Part shown: in pieces, positions 8,069-8,972 of the stretch | Position numbering within the stretch: position 1 is the first letter of the stretch | Layout of the letters: each line of letters begins with the position of its first letter | Origin: Azolla caroliniana | Taxonomy: Eukaryota > Plantae > Polypodiophyta | Assembly (NCBI GenBank): GCA_043228905.1 | Contig: JBHGNT010001402.1 | Coordinates: forward strand, 1 to 8,972 | Reading direction: 5' to 3' | DNA: 8,972 nt | Program-made: the position numbers and the translations under genes | The notes under the pieces: generated by a model | What the model was told of the DNA's origin: nothing | The model's input: only the letters and a program-made list of their open reading frames with translations | Database searches by the model: none

Positions 8069-8532
8069 ATGAAACACTTCAATCAAGGTAGATTAGGATC
8101 TATGCCACAAAATAGATGGTATGATGACGATTGTAGGAACTTACATAGACAACTTACAATATTGCAACTCAGTGGTAGTATTACCTCAGTACAAGCTCGC
8201 AAAGAAATGCACAAGATGGCACGTCATAAGAGACGAGCATGGGAGGCATCCCAATCTTGGGAAATCTACCATATGCTCATGAGTAGCGATTGCGCCACTG
8301 CATGGAAGAGATTACGGGAACTAAGACCACAAACACCCATCGAAGATCCTGAAACCTGGCACACATATAAAGAGAGACTTTACCAATTCCCAAACCAACC
8401 ACCCATTCCAATGCCTTCTACACCCCGACCTACCGTGGGGACACTTTTCATGACCTCTAGGGTCGTGAAGGTCATAAAGAAATTACAACATAGGAAGTCC
8501 ATGGACCACAGAAGATTGCGAGCAGAATACAT
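8069..8532 (+). pseudogene. Non-LTR retrotransposon (LINE) ORF2 fragment: linker between endonuclease and reverse transcriptase
   Basis: WYDDDCR (W.D.EC motif), AWKRLR, W.....LY, then F....V...IKKLQHRKSMDHRRLRAEYI resembling the K(A/S).G.D.I..E motif at the start of the LINE RT region. The sequence changes abruptly at 8533. Confidence 0.8.
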
Positions 8533-8972
8533 TGTTGGGAACACCGTCTTCTAATGCGGAACAAGCTCAACACTCTTCTAAGATAAGATCGTAAATGGAT
8601 GCAAGATCATAGCTTTGATGGCAACAAAGAAAGAAAGTAAAAGACAACTACTTTGCAAGAGAGAGAGAGTTAGAGTTCAATGAAGTTTATTACAAACTTT
8701 TTAGAAAATGAGCAACCAACCCATTGTCGTGAAGATTTCCGGCTATAGTGTGAAACCGGGGTGGAATAGGGCAAGTCGGTGGTTCAACATGTGCACATGT
8801 ATAGTAGGAAACGGTGTATAGAATAAAGGGGAGTATTTGTCCCACATTGTAACGCCCTCCCCTCCTTGGTCTATAAAAGGAGGGAGGGGTCCCTTGTTGA
8901 GGGGTTGCCCATTTTGAGTTAGGAGGGTATATTGTTAGATTTAGGGTTAGACAGTTTCTCTTATTCTTGCTT
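8533..8972 (+). mobile_element. Probable LTR of an LTR retrotransposon, running off the window
   Basis: Starts with TGTTGG exactly where LINE similarity ends; CTATAAAAGG TATA box at 8871-8880; TTAGGGTT and a pyrimidine-rich tract downstream. The other end is not visible. Confidence 0.6.
8855..8889 (+). promoter_or_regulatory. TATA box within an inverted repeat (putative LTR promoter)
   Basis: CCCTCCCCTCCTT (8855-8867), TATAAAA (8872-8878), AAGGAGGGAGGGG (8877-8889). Confidence 0.55.

Overview
Eukaryotic, plant-like repetitive DNA (spliceosomal introns, telo-boxes, nested retroelements); a large-genome land plant is my inference. The core is a 7,010-bp cut-and-paste DNA transposon (348-7357) with 25-bp TIRs (24/25 identical, 5'-GGG...CCC-3' ends) and a perfect 4-bp TSD (TCAA). 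It is inserted into a Ty3/Gypsy-type gag pseudogene whose reading frame is restored when the element is removed. Termini, TSD length and protein motifs point to the Sola superfamily (Sola2-like). The element carries two convergent spliced genes: a dead, truncated transposase on the minus strand, and an apparently open ~402-aa accessory gene on the plus strand with an unassigned N-terminal domain, a coiled-coil-like region and a RING-H2-like finger. Its non-coding parts hold three different arrays: a telo-box array, two arrays of the 14-bp palindrome TAGCTAATTAGCTA (also present next to both TIRs), and an ~83-bp tandem repeat upstream of the transposase. The right flank has a LINE ORF2 fragment cut by a probable LTR. 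All family assignments come from motif recognition, not database searches.
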